From assembly GCF_009914755.1 (NCBI RefSeq), contig NC_060925.1: a stretch of DNA of 64,000 nt; one strand, written 5' to 3'. The translations under genes were made by a program, and so were the position numbers. Source of the DNA: the human T2T-CHM13v2.0 reference genome, Homo sapiens. Positions 21,634-36,420 of the stretch are shown piece by piece (the stretch's first letter is position 1; each line of letters opens with the position of its first letter). Under the pieces are notes generated by a model that ran no database searches, was not told the origin of the DNA, and worked only from the letters and a program-made list of their open reading frames with translations.

Positions 21634-24600
21634 TGAAAAAGCATAGCTTTGAGCGAATTCTCACTAAGTTCAGCTCTTTTGGTAAGTAGTGTTTTCAGAG
21701 GCGTTGGTAATCAGATATGTGATATGTTTAAATCACATTTTTTGATGAGGGGATGAGAGAAGCCTCGTGAAAACCCTTTTAATAAAGAGTATATTTTAAC
21801 TGACAAATGATCTAGTTTAAAAGCATTTATTTTGGTATTGAGGCAATATTTTTAGTTGGTTTTCTGCTGGGAGTGTTTTTAACCTACTGAGGCCTCTTGA
21901 ACCCCTTGCCAATTAAGAAGTTGGAGGTAGATTACTATCAAATTGCTGATCATTTAGGAAGGAAAAATAATCACATTAATACGCAGACTTAGTAGCTTTG
22001 TATTTAGGAATTCTTAGTGTTGTCTCAGATAGCTAAGGGAAACAAACCAGCTCTTTCAGTAATTGATGGAGAAGTTAATATTAAAAATAACCAACCTGTA
22101 TATTGCATGAACACATTGAAAAATTGCTATTGATAATTGATGTAGTGAGTTGCTTTGATTGTAAAATCTTAAATTTTTTTTCTGTTTTTTCAAGGCATGT
22201 CTTACCTGTGCATGTTTCAGTGTTTAGAATAGCATGCAGGATAAAACTATTGAGGACTGGATAAAATAATGCATTTTTACTTTGTTCCTTTCGTCTTGTT
22301 TTAGACAAAAGGCTCATTGTGCTATGTGAACGCTCAGGTCTTGTGTAACTTGTTGACTTTATATATGTACATATCGGTCTTGCTAGATTACCTTCATGGC
22401 AGTTACTTGAGCCAGATGGAAGAAAGAGGGTTGTGGAATCCTACCAGTAGGTTGTTTTGGGGTTCAAATATTTAACGTTTTTTTTTCTTTTTTTTTTTTT
22501 TTTTTTACAAAGGAGAGATGTTACCTGTAAAAACACTGCACTTTTCTTCAAAACATTTTTAATTCTAAAAATGTTAGTGAGTTTTTAAAGAAGCCAGCTG
22601 ATAGCCTGTTCTCTATTATTTTTCTCAATATATGTTTTAGAAAGAGAACTTTTGTTATCCATCTGCCCTTACATAAGAAACTGGAGAAATTAGCTTTGCA
22701 AGCATGTCACATCATCATTTGCATTCTGTTGGCAGGGGATAGATGAGTATTTTAGAGGATGTGAGCTGTAAGTGTTTCAAATATTTGGGTTTTCAAAAAT
22801 GTATACTTAATTATAAGAATTGCCTTTTGCTTTAGCCAATTCTGGGTAGCAAGAATGAAAAGTCAGCACCTCTCAAGTGACCTCTAAGCAGGAATAAGTA
22901 GCCCTTTTTTAACCCACTCTTAACCCTGTTGTTGTTCATTTGTTTTGTTTACTGAAAAAGTAAAGTTAAAATTTTTAAAAAATGTGTCTGCATATGTTAA
23001 GCACAGCAAAACGCAAAAAAAGTATAGGTGTTACAGGTGCTTTCAAGAAGCACTCTTTAAAATCTTGTTTTTACCTTTTAGATATTTAGAAAAATATAAC
23101 CTATAAATTATCCCGAATAGATGACCAACATCGAAACTTGAAAGTGCCAACAGGTGATGCAGATCATGATGTGTGCTTCCATATAAGATAACATCAAAAT
23201 GAAATACCTGTGAAGTTTTTGTCGGTGTAAGCAGTGTCCATTCTAAGTTTTCGTCTTAAACATTTCTCTGTTATTTAAAGAAATGCAATCTTTTCGCTGT
23301 TCTCATTACGTGCCTTCTTTTTCGTCGTTGGTTTGTTACTGTGCTATTGCTCCCAATCCTTGAACTAACACAGTTGTTGGTTGTTGCAATGCCTGAAGGG
23401 GTTATGTTGGTAAAATGACATTTAGAAGGTTACTTAGGAGAGTTAGCATCCTTATTGCTTATGAAAGATTTATTGACAGCAGCATAGATCAGACTACTCT
23501 TCGGTTTGGTTTTCCTGATGTATCCCAGAATCCCTTGTTATGCCTGAATGCCAGCCAAATGTTTGGCCATTGGTTTTCACGGGACCGCAGTAATGGCTGC
23601 TTCTCTGTGCGCGCAACAGGAAGACTGTAAAAGAAAATATTAAGGGTCTTTTGTCTGAAAATATTTCAAATTTGATTTAAGAGATTCAGAGACCTGTTAT
23701 TTGTGGAAGGGAAGCTGCCAATACAAATATGAGGTAGATCGGTCAACTTACATACAACTGATTTGACAAGCATCTGTTATAATACTGAAGATTTGTAAAC
23801 ACTAAACAATGTTTTTACCTCCTTAAAAGTTTTGAGAACTTGCCAGTATTGGCAGGAGGCAGAGACTCTGAAACGTGCTTCAAGATACATGCCAAAACCA
23901 TTGTGGCCTTTTCACCTATAATGCGTTTTTTCTCGCTCTTTCTTTTAAATTGTTATATTTTTTTCCTTTCCAGAATGCCTTTTTTTCCCCCTAGATGGTC
24001 ATAGAAATTAGATCTTCTTTTCCTTCTGAAATTTGTGTGTAATAATTCTTGCTTTATGTGTCCACCTTTCTTTGGTAGGAAGTTGAAATCTCAGAACATA
24101 CGTGAGAATACTAGAAGCAAATGCAGAATCAATCTTTTTTTTTTTAAAGCGGAGGTGATTTATTCTAAGACTTATTGACATGCTAAAATATAATACATAA
24201 ACTACATTCCAGTTTTTTCCCTCTAAATCCAGTGGCATTAGAACTGTGAATTTTGTGGCTGATAAGCAGTAACAAGTGTAATGAAATTGGAGTGATTTCA
24301 TAAGCCTGAGAATTTCATCTTGTTAAAAGAACAAAACCATTTTATGCCCTTAATTTGGTCTCAATTTGAGTTGTCCTTCCCATGTATCATATGACAACTT
24401 GGGGATACTATGGTATTGTGGCAAATGGTTTTCTTTGTGGGTGTGTAACAGTAAAGCTAATTTATGACCAGTCTTTACCAGATGATCTGTATCAGAATCT
24501 ACAATATACCCGGCACGTGGCAAGGTCACAATTTAAGTTGTTAAGGTCATAACCTTAGCCACCAGGCATTTGACCTTTTAGATAAAGTTAACCTTTGTTC

Positions 24601-27600
24601 ATTAGTAGGCACTCAACCGAGAAGTTTCTGGAGAGTTGTTGTTTTTTTTTTTTTAACCACTTCTGTATAAACTTCTGGTAATGTAATCAGATTCTAGAAA
24701 GATTCTCAGTCAAATTAGTTAGATTTTGTGAAAGGTTATACTTTTTAAGGACTCATTTCTTGGATAGAGGCAGGTTGCTATTTTTAGGCCATAGAATGAC
24801 AGTTTCACAATTTATATTTGATATTATTACCTGCCATGGGGTAGAATAAAAGCTTGGAGGCAGCTGTGTGGGGACATTTAAAATCTAAAATTAAACAAAT
24901 TAATTTATGTTTAATTCAACTAAGGCCTTTGCTAATTTTCAAGTGACATTAGGCCTAAAAGCTAAATCACAGTGAGCCATCTTCACTTTTTGCAGATGAG
25001 GAATTTTCTAACATTAGAAGTATTTTTAGCAGTCTTAAAATTCAGTTTGAAAGATTAATAAGTGACCACAATTTGTCAGGTAATTGCTTTAATTGTTAAT
25101 TAGCCAGTGACAAAGCAAGTTGCTGTTGTCCTAATGGCAGCAGTATGAGTACTTGTTAGTTTTAAGGTAGAAAGAGAACACTTTTGCACGGTAATCTTTT
25201 AGTGCAGTAGTTACTGATTGCTTCCATGCTGCTACCATTATTACCTTTACTTAATTTTGCTTGCATCAGGAATAGCAAAGATCCTTTCAATCACTGAAGG
25301 AGCTGTTTCAGTGTCTCGGAAGCCTGATACCTGTCCTATAAACCTACTCAACAGTATTACTGATTACCACATTACCTGTACCATATTGTTCACTTAATTA
25401 TGCTGACATGAATGCTCATTTCAAATTATTTAGATTCTTGCTAGTTTTGTTCTGCTGTACCTCATATTATTCCATTTCAGCCAAAAGAGAGCTACTCCCA
25501 TTCAGGTGCATTTTAGTTTTATTTTGGCTTCGTGATTGCCATTCCTTCATATAGTAATAGAGAAAGCCGTGATATGCAGATAGACCAGATGGTCATGTTG
25601 ACAGATTGAGAATTCACTTCCTACTGCTTCAGAGCAGGTGTAAGATTAGGAGTGTCTGTGTAGGGGCGTGTGTGTGCTTCGTGTGCATGTGCGTGCACAT
25701 CCAGGCTGCACAGAGTGCTGTTTGAGCAATGGGAATGATTTCTTTTTTGAAATGCTAGTATTTTAAATACAGTGTAATTATACAGATAAGGTTTTCAGTG
25801 CATATAGAATATTATAATTTTTATAAATAAATCGCATTAGATTGTTACAGTTTATAATTTTATGCCAAATTAATTATGAAAATTATTTTAATTTTTAGGT
25901 AACTTCCTACATTAGTTTGAGGCAACATTGCATATCCAAAATATATTCAATATATTCTTTTAGCAGCTACATGTATGTGTGTTTACATTCAAATCTAGGA
26001 CTATACGTTTTTGTAATTAAACTTTTTCAGTAACTTAATAAACACCCTAGTAGAAAGTTGTGCAGTTACTTCCTGTGATTTGTAATTATTAATAAAGTGT
26101 GTTTGGAAAAAGAATATACACTGTATATTGTATACACAATATACACAATATACACTGTATATTGTAAAACTAATATACAGTGATATTTAAATTAGGAGAG
26201 TAAGGATCACCCTATCAAACTCTAGCTTTAAGCTCAAGGTGGATTTTTTGGCTGATCAAGCTATTGTAAATTATTGATATATGGCATATTTTTAGAAATT
26301 TTAATTTATCTTTTAATTCTTCAAAAAAGATAGCAGTAGCAGTCAACAAATTTGAGATAAATATTGATTTTACATCCTTGAGTGTTTTCTGTGTAACTTG
26401 AGGATAGTAACAATATCCTTTACCTAGAATGTAGTAACAAAATCCTTTATCTGGAATGTAGTGCAAAAGATGGTAGTTCTAAGGCAGAGAGTGTACAGGA
26501 ATAGGGAGAAATAGTTGTTCTGGAGTAAACCTTTGAATGGAAGTCAGTTCATTTATGGCTAAGAGGTTGAGTGTGTTGGTAAGAAAATTTCCCAATGCTT
26601 CTGGCTTGGATTTTCCTTGTCTTCTTTTCCACCCTGTGATGAATAGCATTAATTTAAACCTATTTAAGGCTAGTGTGGGAGAAACCACAGCCTTTGTTGT
26701 GGTCACTGCTGTACACAGTAGGACTGGGTGTTTCATTTGGTTAAGGCCTCAAGCTGCTTCCAGAGGACACGGGACAGCCTGTCGGCATTTTAAATCTTGC
26801 ACAGAAGCAGCAACAATTCTAATTGCTCACAAATGTCAATATAGATTTTTGAAACCAATTTTGAGGATTAGACTAGAAGAAAAAACATAAAATGCAGATT
26901 GAGTTCAGTGAATGTGCTAAACACTGATTTATTACCATTTTAGTAATAATTTTCCCATGGTTATTTAAGGGTTAGAGCTTGCTTTTGAATTATTATAAAT
27001 TGTAAACCCATGGGGGTTGAGTAAGGGAAGGAAGAAGTCAGGTGGAGGAGGAAGAGAATGAATGAACTCGTATGCTTTGTTAAAGAGAAACATAAAACCC
27101 TGAACTTAATCACAAATGGAGATACCGTAAAAGTATTTTGGTTTCAGTAATGACTGTAAAGCAGTCTTGGGCAGTGAGCTATCAAGTGGAGAATTTTATA
27201 ATTTGTCTTCCCACAATTTTTTGCATAGCTTTTTTCAGACTAAGACACTATTTAGAGCTTTGGGAGTTTTTATTCAAGTTTTTAGGAAAAGGTTTTGCAA
27301 AAATTCTTTTTAGAATTTAGGAGTCCAGTTAGAGACATCATTGCACACTTAAGCTCAGAAAAGGGGCCATGGAGATGTTTATTCTTTTTACTATTTTGCT
27401 TTCTAAGGTGGCAGTTCAGAGTATTGTCAAATTTTTGGCTCTTTCCCAGTAGGCAACGGTAAGATACTCATTATTGATCCAAACTTTTGGGTCCCTGAAC
27501 TTAACAGAATTATTTAGTTGCTGCTTAGACAGAAATGACTTTTTTCCTTAGATTTTCCCCAAAATATTAGAAAACAATTCCTCATGTTTTGTTTTAACTC

Positions 27601-28024
27601 CACAGCGTAAAGCATATTTTATCTAATGGAATTAGTCCTCCCGTTAGTGTTCTAGCTAAATAAACATGGCTTATGAAGTGAAGAAATAAGTCCAACAAAT
27701 GACAAGTTGCAGCAACTCTGAAGCAGAAGATATTTTTGCTTTTCTGTTTGTAAAACAAGCTAAATAAGATAAAACTGAGAAAAAGAAGTTCATTTGTATT
27801 GTGTATTTTGGCAAATCTTGGTCTTCTTTAAAATGTTGCTAACCCTAAAACAAGAAATGATGAGGATAATTATGATAACTAGAGATTGAAGTGGAATAAC
27901 TGTAATGTTCTTTGAGAACTTTAAACTTACTTCTTTTCATGTCTTTCAAATACTTCCCTAGTGGTAGATATTTTGGACCTAGATCAATTGGGAGTAGAGA
28001 AAAGGAGATGGAAGGAAGGAAAGG

Positions 28025-28240
28025 AAATAACTTTTATTGAATGTCTGTTCTGCAGCAGGCACTGAGTAAGGTTTGTCATAGTCATATATTGTAGCTTGCT
28101 GTCGCTTTCATAGCAGTATTATGAATTAGTAATGCACTCTCTATTTGAACGGATGAGGATAGACTCTTCAGAGTGGCCAGGTTACATGTCCAGAGCAAGA
28201 TTCAAACCCAGGTCTTCTGATTTCAAATCTTATGCTCTTA
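28025..28240. mobile_element. MIR remnant
   Basis: GGATGAGGATAGACTC...AAGATTCAAACCCAGGTCTTCTGA. Confidence 0.6.
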
Positions 28241-28998
28241 AACAATTCAAATTCATTTTGTATCCTTCTTTATATCTTATTGTTTAGGGTTGGATGTCGT
28301 TTTCATGGTATCACACACCTGTCTTGAATCAAAGGGAAAGTAAAAAGTCAAAATCCAAACCCCTCCCATTGAGATATTTCACTGTCAAATTCAGATGTTA
28401 GCCACAGAATGAGGCCACACTTGATAAAGAGAGAAATGATGTTACACTTGTCACTGTTAGGGTCAAAATCTGAAATGATTTGTTCTTTTTTGTTTTTATA
28501 ATGTTGAAATTTAGTGAATAGAAGCATTATGACACAGGTTTAAGATTTTTAGTTGTTGTTAAGACAAAGTTAAACTAATTCGTTCTAGATGCTTTGAGAA
28601 GCCTTTGTGTATTAAACTAAGCACTATTTTAAAAACTAAATTGCATGTAATTTTTACTATGCAGATTTTTGTACATGGTTTTATATGTACAAGACATAAT
28701 ATATATTTCTAATTTCCCCTATACATTACATATATTTTTATATATATATTTACAGACAGAGAAATATATATCTATTTCTAACTTCCCCTAATGATTGGAT
28801 TTTAAAATGTAAAATTCACTTTGCTCTGAAAAAATCCTTTGGTTATGGCTGTGTGTGTAATTATTTAAAATAAAGCCAAAATCATGTTTGAGAAAAGAAT
28901 GGAATTTTATTAGTTTAAAATTAAAAAATTAAAATAGGAAAAAAATTGAAGATGGACATGTTTCAATTTCGTGCCCTTAAATTAGTGAATTAGTGAGC

Positions 28999-29296
<298 letters not shown>

Positions 29297-29326
29297 TGAG
29301 CTTTGTTTCTAACTCTTTAAACTTAG

Positions 29327-29641
<315 letters not shown>

Positions 29642-32600
29642 GACAAGATTAGTTCTTAATGATTTCAGTGCAAAAACTCAAAGCCTCACTCAACATAATT
29701 TTTATAATTGTAAATAGAAAAAGATGACCAATAAGTATAATTTATACTATATTAAGTCATTATACATATTAATTCTTCTAAGGTTTAATTTAAAAATAAG
29801 CAGCTGAACTGAACTTACAGCAAAGAAAATAAAATAGCTTTCTTTTTAAGAAATATTAATGAATCTTAAAGTTAGGGTTGTGTAGCATCAGTTATGCTAG
29901 AAAGGGAAAACTGAGTTTGAGGCATGTGAAGAAAAGTGATTAAATTGGTTAAAAAAATAGTACTCATATCCTATTGTCAACTGTATCTAGTTCCATACTG
30001 TATGTATTTTTATATCTCTGGTAAGTGCTTATGGTGGTCCCAAATAACTTGTGAGTTTCCAGACATAGACAGTTCTCAGAGCATGTGTATTCATATAAAT
30101 TTTTAAATGGCTATTGCTGTAGTGCTCTACAGGTTAAAAAAAGTGAGGCGAAATTGAAACATTTAAAAAATACTGTACTATTTAAAAATTTGTATGAATG
30201 TCTGTGTAGCAGCTGCCATTTTCAGGCTGTCTTTGTTGCTATGGTTTGGTTGATTTTATTTCCTTTTGTAATTTTGCCAGCCAGTGATTGGGTAGTACAT
30301 TGCATTCATGCTGTTGGGGAAGATATATCTGTGGTGAGTCAGATAGCTTGATCTGAGTAGTAATTTTTAGTAGGGAAAGGTATTTGTCAGTGGGTAATAG
30401 AAACTGTAGTGTTACATTACCCATCTTCATTTAATTTTCAAATTTACAGACATGTCACTTAATATCAGAAATTCAGAACCATCTCTTTTGCAGTGATATG
30501 TACTTGCCTCTCTCCTTTTGTCCTGTCAGATGCACTTAGAATTCTGTGTAGTTTAATCTTAAAGGGATTAGTTATTTAATTTTAAGCTCCTACATAAAAT
30601 GAATATTGTACATACAGGGTCCCATCATTGTCACTTTCAAATATTCCATTGCCTTTCAAAGGAGCTGACATGACAAGTCCTTAGGTTGACAAATTCTCAT
30701 CAACTTTTATGAAAATGTTGGCTGCAGAAGGAGTAAAGTCAAAGGAGGGCCATAGACAGATGGCTTTCAGTGTTGAGATGACATCAAGCCCTTCTTCGTG
30801 GCATTTTTTAACATTCCAAATGAATGAGGGATGGAGATGCTTAAAGAGCTTACTATAGAATAAGTAATTAAGATATTGTGTATCTGCATGTAAACCCCTG
30901 TTGCATACTATTAAACAGAGTTGTGCAGGCTCAGATATAATAGCAGATTAACAATGACAATTGTAAATATCTTTTATGCTGAATGTAACTCATAAATAAT
31001 ATTACACATTAACATGTTGCTGATGGAAAACTGTGTACCTGAGAACATATTTTCAACATTAGATAATTGAGAACTAACGATAAGTGGGTTACCAGTGTTT
31101 GAAATGAAGCAAAGATTCTAGATAAGAACTTGGCAAAAGCTTATTTGCATAAGAAATTTTGCGTCTTTATATGACTATGACAAGATTTTTTTGGATGGAT
31201 GCACACCATATAAAAATTACTAAGTTACTAAAGTTTCTGATGGATTCATTTAGTTGGCTTTCCTCCCCCTCTTCTTTTAAATGGTAGAGGTTCTCTTTTG
31301 GAGAGTAGTTTCAAGTAACTTCTGAGAATGAAGTCTTTGTAACGATGCTGTTCAACAGCGTAACTATTGTTGTGCATTCCTGTCAGGGAAAGATAGTCAT
31401 TGCAGTACTTTTATTGTATGGCCTCTTAATATGTGACAAGGACTTTTATTAAGAATTCTTTTCTTAACATACTTTTAGAAGTCTCTCCTTTTCCCACATT
31501 CAATCAGTAACTACAGTTTTAAAAAAATATTTAAATGAACTTTTATTGATTTCTTAGCTTACTGTATAGACAAAAATCTTACGTTTAAAAAAGGTTTTAA
31601 AATTAATGTATTTTAGAGTTTCAGTAAAATGAAGTGGGAACAAAAATTAACAAAAAAGTGCCATCTCATTGGATCCAGGATATGTAGTAATACACACACA
31701 CAGTTCTATGTCTGTGTAACCATATATATATATGTATACACAGTTCTTTGGAGAATGAGGATATTTCAGTCCAAAATGTTATGGTTGAAGAACTAATTGT
31801 TCTAAAGATATTTGCCCCTGGCCCCAGAAAAGACGACAAACATGCAAAATGGATAAATGTAATCCTTTGTACTTTTACCACCTACATTTTTAAACTACAG
31901 TAACTCTGATTTCTCTAGAAAGGTCAGAGGTTTCAGACAGAAAGCTTTGTAATTCTTCAAAGAAAGACATTTTCAGTTTGGCTGTATAAAGACTGATTAT
32001 GCATAGCTTTTTACTTTATGTGCGGTTGAATCTTGGAGGTGCTGGAGTGGGGTGGGGACGATGAATAAGTGAAGCTGTGTTTTGAGACATTAGAATTGGA
32101 GGGAAACAGACAGATTGGAGAGGAACATAGATTCATATTTTTGGGCTTTTTACTATCAAGTCACCCAGTCTAAAACTCAGGACAGAGCAGCATTAACCAT
32201 TCATTTTGCTTTGTGATAGAGCATTCGATTACCAACTCTTTAAACTCTTTTGGCAATTCAAGGAGGTTGCCTATCTGGGTACCATTTCTTAGGATTTGCT
32301 TTGTTGGATTTTCTAAATTGTGGATGTGAGTTTCTTTGGTTTTGCATTTTTTAAAAAAATTTTTTGGTCCTTTTTAACTTTTCCAAGTTTTGGAGAATTT
32401 TTCATGTTGGGCGGTGTTGGAGAAGTAGAGATTGTAGATGACCTTCGTTGTGGCTTACTCCTGTTATTTGGGAAATAGACGTTCAGAGAGCATCTCACTT
32501 GAGGCCACACCAACAGTTAAGAGGCAAAGCCAGCATTTAAGCCAACTCCCTTAGATCCCAGACTTTTGCCCTAAAACTATATTATTTAAATTATCTTTTC

Positions 32601-33389
32601 TTATGTGTTTTTAAATTAGCCCTTCATATAAACTTCAAATTTTAGGTAGGGGAGCTTTTATGGTTCCCTTTATGCCAGTGAGGAAACAGCCAGAGAGGTT
32701 GAGTAACTTGTCCAGGGTTATATGGTTAATAAGTGGTTAGGATTAGTAACTAGGCCAGACCCTTCTATGGCCTGTTTTTATCTCTAAGATGATCCCCAGT
32801 ATGTTAGACTTGAAACTATGGATGGAGTGAAAAATATTCTCTGCAAATACATCAACACTCTGAAAGCCATTGTTTTCTCTGTTTAGAAAGTAGTTGAAAA
32901 AGTAGTGAGAAACTAGAGCTTTTTCTTTTCTGGTGTTAGTTTCAGCTTCCTACCTTGAAGGGAACCTTAAGGCCCAAACCTTCTTTTTTACATTTGAGGA
33001 TTCTAAGTCCATGCATCTCGGAAACTATGGAGACGGGAACTTCTTGTGTGAGTTGGAGAGCAGTTGTAGACCGTTATCATTTCCATCGGTGCGGATGCTC
33101 TTTGGGTGGTGGTGGCATAGAAGATCTGTTTTGGTTACCTTTATTGACAAGCTCTACTGTGTGACTGGCAGTTCAGTTCAGCAGATAGGTTTCCAGCACT
33201 AATCTTAGGCACTGTGATAGATTCCCGAGATGCAAAACTGAAGAAAATACCTTGAGACAAGTCAGTGCCATCTCAGATATAATTTCCTCAGAAATCAAGA
33301 TTTTAGAGCATTTGATGTTTTTAAATTAGAGTCCTTTCAACTAATAGCCTGTATGAAGTTTTTAAAACACTTATAAAAAATTTATGGTG

Positions 33390-33688
33390 ATTATTATTAT
33401 TTTGAGACAGGGTCTTGCTCTGTTGCCTAGCTGGAGTGCAGTGGTGCAGTCGTAGCTCACTGCTGCCTCAAACTTCTGGGCCCACACAATCCTCCTACTT
33501 CAGCCTCCTAAGTAGCTGGGACTAAAGGTGAATCCCAACACCCTGGGCTAACTTAAAAAAATATTTTGTGGAGATAGAGTCTCACTACATTGCCCAGGCT
33601 GGTCACTGAACTCCCAGCTTCCAGTGATCCTCCCACCTCAGCCTCTCAAAGTTCTGAGATTCTAAGTATGAGCTGCCAAACCTGGCCT
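33390..33688 (-). mobile_element. AluJ-like element
   Basis: Diverged antisense dimer; TSD-like TATGAAGTTTT on both sides. Confidence 0.85.
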
Positions 33689-33905
33689 ATATGAAGTTTT
33701 AAACATTTGTAGAACCAGTTGTTAACATTGCTTTTTTTTTTTTTACCATAAAATTGGTATATGTCGAGGAATTCTATCGTTTGACTATATTTCTATTGTG
33801 TTAAATTTTTTGTTTTCTTATATCAAAAATATTTTTGTAAATGTAAAGAAAATTCAAGCAGACAGAAGATGGTGCAGGTGCTTTCTATTATTTAATAGTT
33901 CACCT

Positions 33906-34319
<414 letters not shown>

Positions 34320-36039
34320 TTATAGGAAAATGAAACAGCAGGAGAACGAGAGAGTAGAAAACAGAAAGGAAGCGAAGGCCTTGGAGAGCAGGCGGTAGTG
34401 AATTCATTTGGCAGTTCCTAAAACACAGCCAAGTCCCAGTAGCATAGCCACCTAAATTCCCTATTTTGCTCCTTCTTGGAAAAAAGTTAGCAGTCTCGAG
34501 ACTTTTACGCTGAAGTGGATTTTAAGTTGTCAGAAGTGTCAAGCTGATTTGCCTTTTTTTCTCTCTTTTATTAAAAGAAAAGAGATACATACTACATTCA
34601 GACAGAAAGCATGTAAGGGGTCTTATAAGTGTGAGCATGTGTTAGTGGATTAATGGGACAATGTGTGTGGATGGTGATAGAAAATATGAGAGAACTATTG
34701 CTTGGCTGATAAATGAAATAACAACAAGAAAAATCTGGTGGCCCAATATATATTGGATTTGTTGTTATTCTCTGTTATATCTGCTGGTTGTTCAATCTGA
34801 AAGTGAAATCTGTTTCTCCATTCATTAATACGTGTGCTTTTCTTTGTATAGAGCACAGAACAAATTATTTGTTCCATAATTATTTTTAAAAAGCAGAAAA
34901 TGTGTTTGTAACATTTAAGAAATGGCATGGGATTGTCATAGAAACTCATTCTGAACACTGTAAATAAAAATGGTTGGGGATTAGTCACAGTAACATGTAG
35001 GACATCATGAAATTCAAGACAGATTTCTTTGTCTAACAGTCAGTAAGAGACATGAAGCGAACTTGATATAGTTCATGAGATATTAGCAGTTCAGTTCCTT
35101 CAGAGAAAGAGAAAACCATGTTGCTTCATATTAAATAAGCCATCTGTATACAAATCTCACAATTTACTTGATGATTTTAGCAATATTTGATGTTTCCTTT
35201 CAGAGTCTTATTTCCAAATAATGAAAGCTTAAAAAATTTGAAAATCTCTCTGTTTTTGCTACTAAATCTTTAGAACCATATCCCTCCTTTTCTTCTTTCC
35301 CTATCTTATTTTTTGGTAATCTTGAATAGCATTTTAAAAGTTTTAGCTTTATTCTGTTTCCTTTAGTTTTCCCTTACTTCATATAATATGAATAAAACTG
35401 AACACATTAATGATAAATAGCCTTCAATAATACTATATATTTTTAAATATTTCAGGTTAGAATTATGAGTCTGCAGTATTACCATTAACATCTTTTTCTG
35501 TTTTTCTTTTAATCCAGTATTTAGAAGGAAATTGTTTCAGGGTACTTTTTTTCTCCAACTCTGTCCAACATCTGGAAGAACGATTGCCTGTCTTTAAATT
35601 TGGAATTAATCTCCAATTGCATACTCCTGCTAGGCTGATGTTTCAGTAAATTCTAACGCATCAGCCTCAGATCTTTGATTCCTTGAGCTTTTGGAAGTAG
35701 AAGTTAAAGTCTGAGAGGGTGTTTCAAGACTTAGGAAACTTAGTGCTGTGGAATGACCTGTGCATCTGACAAGGCCCCTTTAACAATGTTGTGTGTCACT
35801 GCATGTTCTTATTTGTAATCAAAACAGTAGGTACAATATTTCAATAAGGGTAAGTGTATTTAGACAAATGTAGCCTGATAAAAGTGGATAAATTACCTTT
35901 TGTGGTTGAGTTAATTAGTGAACACAACGAACCTTGAAACTGGTGGGAGCATGTGCAAAGACATATGTGAAAATGTTGGTACATGGAACATATGGAACCA
36001 TCTTGTCTTCCTGCCTGTGTACACAGGTTCTATTGTAGT

Positions 36040-36420
36040 ACAGGTATATGCACGCATATTTTTGTTTTATTCCTTGTAGTAGTCCTACTTGGGATGTCCT
36101 CACCCACCTTTACTTGGCTAACATTATTTATACTTTAAGGCTCAGCTGTAACATCATTTCCTCAAGGAAGCTTTCTTTTCCCCCCAAGGTTAGGCTAAGG
36201 ACTGCTTCCCTGCCTGCCCACAGCATCCATTAGCAGCATATTAGTACTTGCCATTAGCACTTCCTTTATCATAATAAAACTATTTGTCTACATCTGTATT
36301 TCCAGATTGGGCTGTGATTTCTTTCTGAGCAGGGACTGGGTTGTATTCAGTGTTTTTGTACCCCCACATAGGGGTGCATAGAACCTGGCACTTAACTGTG
36401 CACTCAGTATCTTTGTTTAG
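36040..36420. mobile_element. L2 remnant
   Basis: GCTCAGCTGTAACATCATTTCCTCAAGGAAGCTTTC...AGCAGGGACTGGGTTGTATTCA...CCTGGCAC. Confidence 0.55.

Noticed and set aside
23841-23854. TGCCAGTATTGGCA palindrome resembling an NFI site
   Set aside because: Half-sites are in the wrong order and spacing for TTGGC(N5)GCCAA. The site at 40131 (N3 spacing, inside L1) fails likewise.
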